Below, piece by piece: positions 57,806-64,000 of a stretch of DNA of 64,000 nucleotides (positions are counted from its first letter, which is position 1; each line of letters begins with the position of its first letter). Under the pieces are notes generated by a model. That model had not been told where the DNA came from and did not search any database. It saw nothing but the letters and a program-made list of their open reading frames with translations. The DNA comes from the human T2T-CHM13v2.0 reference genome, Homo sapiens: NCBI RefSeq assembly GCF_009914755.1, contig NC_060936.1. One strand, 5' to 3'. A program made the position numbers and the translations under genes.

Positions 57806-58347
57806 CTGGGCATGAAAGAAGGATGCAATTTGGAAACAACATACAACAAGCCCAAAAGTCCACATAATAGGCTGTCTCTTAAAGTGGGAGGTAGATAGAT
57901 GGGTGTTCATTTTATTATTGTTGTTTAAATTTTATGTTCATACTACATATAGCCCTATATGTGTGAATATGTATAATCCTACATCTGTTTGTTATTTGTT
58001 AAAACAATTATATCACAAAACCAAAAAATTAGAGAACGAAGTGGCCTAGGAAAGTTTGTTTGGCATATTTTCTGACGTAGAACAGGCACTCAACAAATAT
58101 TTATTGAATATTAAAATATGAAACCCAAAGCATCTGTTTTCTACCTCAAGCCCTGGAGACTGGTGATCATAGTTCTTCCAGGTTTCATACTACATCCCCT
58201 CTGCTGCCCATCTCCATCTCTAGAATCTCTCATCTCTGGTCACTTCCTTGTTACTATTGGCTCTTGCTCCAGAGATACAAGTATGAGTTTAGCCTCACAC
58301 TCTGGAAGTCAGGAACTGGTGATCTATGACCTAAAGATAATTTTTAA

Positions 58348-58665
<318 letters not shown>

Positions 58666-59084
58666 TAATGTTATTTTAAAATCTTTGAGCATGCCTAAAA
58701 CATCAAAAGATTTCATGTATAAACCCTGACTTTCAGCTTCTCTTGAAAAATAGGAAGATCAGGCACCAGTGAGCTCATGTTCCTTCTTGCCAGAAACTAG
58801 CTGGGATTGTGCAGTAGTTGCCCATCTTATGCACCTGCTCACCATGGTGCATCTCTGTGTTCTCTGACAGAACTGTGTGGGTCACCATTTATCACCTCTC
58901 TTTCATTGTTCTTTCTATTATTATTTAGAGAAACATTTATCAAGACACTCAGCAAAAAGAAAAGTAGGACAAGGTGGCTGAGTGATTTTTCTTTACTGGA
59001 GGTCATTTGCCTGAAGTGTGACTGTTACTTCCCTTGCCCAGTTTACATTCACCTTTGCTAACTCTGCTCTGTGTTCTTATCTAG

Positions 59085-59242
59085 CCATATCAGAGGGCTT
59101 TCTCCTTCGTCCTATGCATAAATGTTGATGATCCAGAGGGCTGTTTTCCCCTTCTTGGTATTGAAATGAACTGAAGAAATTGCCTAAAGTTGCTGAAAAA
59201 GGAAGAATTTTAATGTCTAAAAATCTTAGGTGGCCCAAGAAG
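59085..59242 (+). other. Candidate 158-nt internal exon (non-coding or 5'UTR type)
   Basis: Branch point CTAAC at 59058-59062, pyrimidine tract, TAG acceptor ending 59084; donor AAG/GTGAGA at 59243; stops in all three frames. Confidence 0.35.
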
Positions 59243-60574
59243 GTGAGATTGTCTCGGACCATTGTATTCCTGCACCTCCAAATGAGAGAATTTGGAAATC
59301 AACACCTTAATCTGTTTTCTTTTCCTTTGCCTTGACTTTCCCCTGTTTTCCCCACCCTGTGTTCTCTTCTTGGCAGGAAACTCAAGCCTTAGAAATCTAA
59401 GTCTATTCATAAATGCACTTCTCTCAGTTACTATGGCAATGCTGAAGGAATCTGTCACGGCCAAACAGGATCACAAAAGGATCACTTTTATTTTTATTCT
59501 CAGTGTTTCCACCAACAAACAAATAAATAAAATGCTACAACTAGCCAGAGTCACATTTGGTTGTTGGAAAACAGCTCCCAAGGACTGACTCCTTACCTTC
59601 ATTTCTTAATTTTTTTCCTCCTATTTTTTACTGAGTTTTATTTGTTTTTACATTTCATTAGAAAGGACCACAGTAAGTAGTATTGTCTGCAGCCAGAAGG
59701 TTTTTCTTTACCTTTTGCTGTTATAAATGTGGCATAAGAGTTGCAATTATTTTTAAAAGAAGCAGTATAGCTTCCCAAGATTATGCTGTTAGAATTCATT
59801 TAATAAAAATATAGAGGTTTCAAATGCTGTCATCTCCATCAGCTATGGATAGCTACCCCCAGAAAGCTGCTGTTTTGTCTATAGCCCTTGTCTTTGTATT
59901 TCATCATTGACAGTTGGGAATGAAATAATTCAAATGTCCTTATTTAAAGAAAGCCAAACAAGACAAACTTCCCGCCCTATCCTTAGGGCAGGGATGACAA
60001 GTTAAGTTGACATCAAGATTAACAGATGAGCATTCAGCCACTTTGCCAGTCATTGCTACTGCATGGACTCCGTGCAGCAACAGAACATTTGCTCTGAACA
60101 ACCTACAGTCTGTCAAATTCCATAGCAGTTTCCAAGGCAATGATATGTTCTTGGTCTTTTCTTTATGTATTGCACAATGCTTTAGAAATTGCACAACAAA
60201 GAAGAGGGAAGCCCTTTGAACCCAGTGGGGGAAGATCCCCTGATTACCAGAAAGAGGTGACTTCGCAGATGGATTCAAATTCTTTCTGCTTCTTACAAGA
60301 GGGCACCAGCTCTACACCCTCTAGATGAGGGGGTGACACTTAAATCTCTAACCTCAGTGCACATTTCCAGAGAAGAAATTTTATTCGAAATTTCACTGGC
60401 AATTGGATTGCATTGACTGCCCTATGTTTATGGGTGAAGAAGGAGGTAAAGATTTAACATAAGAAGCAAACATGGGTATCTTTGATTGGATATGGGACCC
60501 CCGCTGGTCATGCTAATGACCAGCAACTTCACACACAAACACGGGGACCACATAGCAAAATGAAGAATAAAGGC

Positions 60575-60815
60575 ATAGGGTGAGATATACTTAGGTGTGA
60601 ATCCTCATCCTGCTACTTATCACCCATCACCTTGGTCATGTTACTGAATTTCCATAAACTTCAGTGTTTTTCTCTGAAAAAAGAGGGTAACAGTAGTACC
60701 TATAGTGTAGGATGATTGTTGGAATTAAGTTGGAAATTGCATATAAAGCACTTAGCACAGTGCATTGTCAACAATTGGCAGTTCTAAATAAATATTAACA
60801 ACTATTATTACTATT
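60575..60815 (+). mobile_element. MIR SINE
   Basis: gtgtgaatcctcatcctgctactta...aaagcacttagcacagtgc. Confidence 0.8.
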
Positions 60816-61329
60816 TTTGCTATTATATGCTCAACAGGAAAATGCATACTCCTGTCTTCTATGTTCCCTGTTTGTGTGTGTGCATGTGTATGTGTGTATA
60901 TATATGTTTGTATGTTATTTATTTACTTATAATTTAGCAACTCACAGTGTGCCCTAGAATATTCTGAAAAAAAAAAAAAAGTTAAGCAATTCTTCCCTTC
61001 ACCCTAAGTGGTATTTAAAGATGCTTAATATAATTTAGAAACAGCCCCTTACCGCCTCACATACTCAGGCTATACTAGGTAGAAGGTGGTATACTCATTT
61101 TTTTAGACCAAAAATGACACTAACACTGAATCCACCTAAATAAATCTAAAAATATGAATGAAAATATTTCTGACATAAGATTTGTCAGCATAAATACTGA
61201 TATCCAATGCTATCCCCAAATCAGAAGCCGTATAACAAATCCATTCATTATTGGGGGAATAGTTGTGATCTGATTTGATACATTTTTAAAATAGCACCCT
61301 AAAGAAAATATCAAGAGGCTAATATAACA

Positions 61330-61560
61330 TGCATTCATTTATCTTTTGTTTTATTCATTCTGCAGATATTTATTGATTTTATTTCATGTCAGGTGTTTTG
61401 AGACACAGGATCAGTGATAGATACATAAGCAAGTTTCCATTCCTTCTTACAGAAGTTCAGGGGAGGTATGTATATGTATACTGGGCCAGGTAGAAAGTGA
61501 CAAGTGCTCTAAGAGAAGCACACAATAAGTGCTGTAAGAGTCAGTATATGGAAATGTTAA
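61330..61560 (-). mobile_element. L2 fragment
   Basis: attcattctgcagatatttattga...caagtgctctaagagaag. Confidence 0.55.
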
Positions 61561-61959
61561 TATGAGTTTAATTATGCCTTAAGATTAAGGTAGTTTCGTA
61601 CGTGAGAAGTAAATTTGAATCTGCAACTTTTACTGCTACCAGCTGCCTTGTAATCAACGATTGGGTATATCATAATTTAAGCACAGAGGAATTATCAAGA
61701 TATTAGGTAGGTCAAAAGCAACTAGTGCATTTTTAACATACTCTAAAAAGAAAGTGAACATAAAAGCAGTAAAATACATAAAATGATGGAAACAACTTAG
61801 TCCTGATCTTAATGACTGACTTCTGCTTAGTAGATCTGTGCAGTTGAGAGGAACTCAATTTATTTTCTTCAAAAATTTAACCTTGAATTTTCTTCTCCTG
61901 TTAAAGAAAAAAATCAGCGGAAAGTTGACATTTATGTGAATTCTGAATAAAAATGTGAA

Positions 61960-62070
61960 ACAAACTGAGTCAGTAGCACTCCAGTCCGCCATCTGGGATT
62001 TCACACTACGCAGTGAATTCCAGAAATTAGATTAATATGGAAGAACTCAGAAAGGGGAATTTCCTTTCGG
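61960..62070. promoter_or_regulatory. Candidate inducible enhancer (AP-1 plus two NF-kB-type sites)
   Basis: TGAGTCA at 61966-61972, GGGATTTCAC at 61995-62004, GGGAATTTCC at 62055-62064, all in unique sequence. Confidence 0.35.
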
Positions 62071-64000
62071 AGGTAATTACAAGGCTCACCTATTAACAGT
62101 GGAAAATCTGCGGCCACTAATTGCTCTCCTCAAGTCACATAGAAGACCTCAAATGAAATACAAGCCCAGAATGTGTTTTCAAAATGAGAGTTCTATTCCA
62201 ATTATCAATGGGCATAACTATTAACATTATTTGGAAATATCAAAGTATAAGGAGATTTTTATTGTGAGAATTTAAAAATTGCTACAAAAGCATAGGTCAA
62301 AATACTAATCTGCTCTTCCTCAAAACATTTTGAAGTTAGGGTTTTGCTTCAGTATTTTCACTTGCTCCAGCCAGCTTTCTTTATCCCCCAAATGGCTTCC
62401 TCCGAACTGTGTAAAATTTAAGTTCAGAAAATTTGGCTTTGGTTTAAGATTTGCACACTGTGGAGAACCAGCACTGCTCTCAGACTGAGAGGATTCCAAA
62501 CAGCTTCTCTGGACAGCAGGTGCTGTGGCTGAATAGTGAGTCCCCTTTGTGGAGCTGGGACCAGTCACACACTAATGGCCCGGCTGACGGTCTTCAAGAC
62601 CAGGCCACCCCCAGGATCTGCCTCTCCCCTCACTCCCACTGCCAGCTCCCTGAGATGAAGTATATTAGAACACCTACAGTAGTTTCAGAGACAGAGCTCC
62701 CTCTTAAAATAAATAATGTGCACAGTCTTTGACAAGAAACAAAGAATGCAATTATTTCCTTAGAAAATGTAGAAGTAAACAATGTGATGTATGGGAGAAT
62801 ATTTTCATTCCTTCTGAAACTTTGGAAATTATAGTCAAACAATTTAGAATGTATGTGTTAATAAAAGATCTTTTGTCTAATTTATGTACATCACTTTACC
62901 ACAGATCTATGGAATTTAGGTTACATTTGTATAATTCCATAAGGGGTTTTTGATTGCTTAAGCGCCACCTGTTCTTTATAAATGCTGTGACTGACATCAA
63001 GTTTTCCTCCATATGGTGATGACATTTTTGATTACTATTTGTCTTCTTACATTTTAATAGTGAATTGAGTTAAAATAATTTAAAGTCTGTTTCCCAATAG
63101 CTTCATATAACTGAACAGTACTGTTTATGAGTTTTATCTTTCTGTATTTTGAGTCGACATAATTTTTTAAAAGAGCTTAAACTAGCTACAGAATACAGCT
63201 TTATAGGCTTAAATGAGTAATTTTTCAGTTGTGAGCTAAAATCAAGAGTAGAATCAATACGGGCATTTCTGTAATTGAAAACCAGTGGGTGATAATTCTG
63301 TACTGAAAACAAGATAATAAGAAGAAAGATGAGCTATTTGTGGGAAAAAGATAAGATTAAAGTTGTGATCACAATTAAATATCAACTATTATTAACATTG
63401 TAATAAAACTTCCACTTATAATTTATCCTTTATTTTCTTCTTTTGAGGTATAATTATGAAGATATGCAAAATAATTTAAGCAAATCATGGTAGAATCAAT
63501 TTAATTTATTATTTCTGCTAATTTAGTATTTACAGCACTGTTAATATGCAAATATTTTGGGGAGTAGAAATAGTTCAGTTTTTTTGGTATGTAAAGATTT
63601 ATTTCTCCATATTTCTGATATATTATTTTTCACTTGATATGCATGTGTTTTGGAGATAACAAAAGGGGACAAAGCAAAGCATGTGACATTGAGATGCACA
63701 ATGAAAGAAAAGTGAATTTCTCTCACCTTCATGCCTTACAGTGACTTCTTTACAGTCAGTTAAAGGCCTACATGTTTTTGTATTTTAAAGTGAAAAAAAA
63801 ATAAGAAAATAAATGGTCACTTTCCTGTTTATGATGACTTTCTATATTTTTCTATTTATTTACATTATATAAGTTTCCCAATTAATTTCTAGCCATTTAT
63901 TTGATTCTGATATACTCTTTGAAGCTGTTTTCCATCTCCCTCTTATTTTGAGGGAACTCATTAACTTTTCCTGTTTCTTCTGTTTCCTATTTATTCTTCC

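Overview
Hominid (very probably human) non-coding genomic DNA, since it carries an SVA and AluY elements. It is AT-rich and dominated by transposable-element remnants, and I can identify no intact protein-coding gene. Main contents: (1) a near full-length L1PA6/7-like element (608-6551, -) with a 210-bp deletion in the endonuclease and a recognisable ORF0. (2) A full-length L1MA2/3-like element (about 31507-43112, -) containing an RT-deleted L1PA7/8-like copy and an Alu. (3) An RPL21 processed pseudogene (23444-24221). (4) A 5'-truncated SVA. (5) Ten Alus, several MaLR/ERVL LTRs, Tigger/MER DNA transposons, and L2/MIR/L3 fossils, many with readable target-site duplications (TSDs). Subfamily names are recalled from consensus sequences, not from a search. 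I found no evidence of a new multi-gene system. The most unusual signals are a set of local templated-copy or fold-back structures: a 135-bp non-polyadenylated copy flanked by a 14-bp duplication, a 73-nt hairpin, a tandem hairpin pair with a compensatory change, and an inverted duplication at a Tigger end. Unique sequence also shows + strand splice and regulatory signals that suggest the window is intronic to a + strand transcript: a ~185-nt AG-free tract with TGCATG motifs, a canonical non-coding exon, and an NF-kB/AP-1 cluster.
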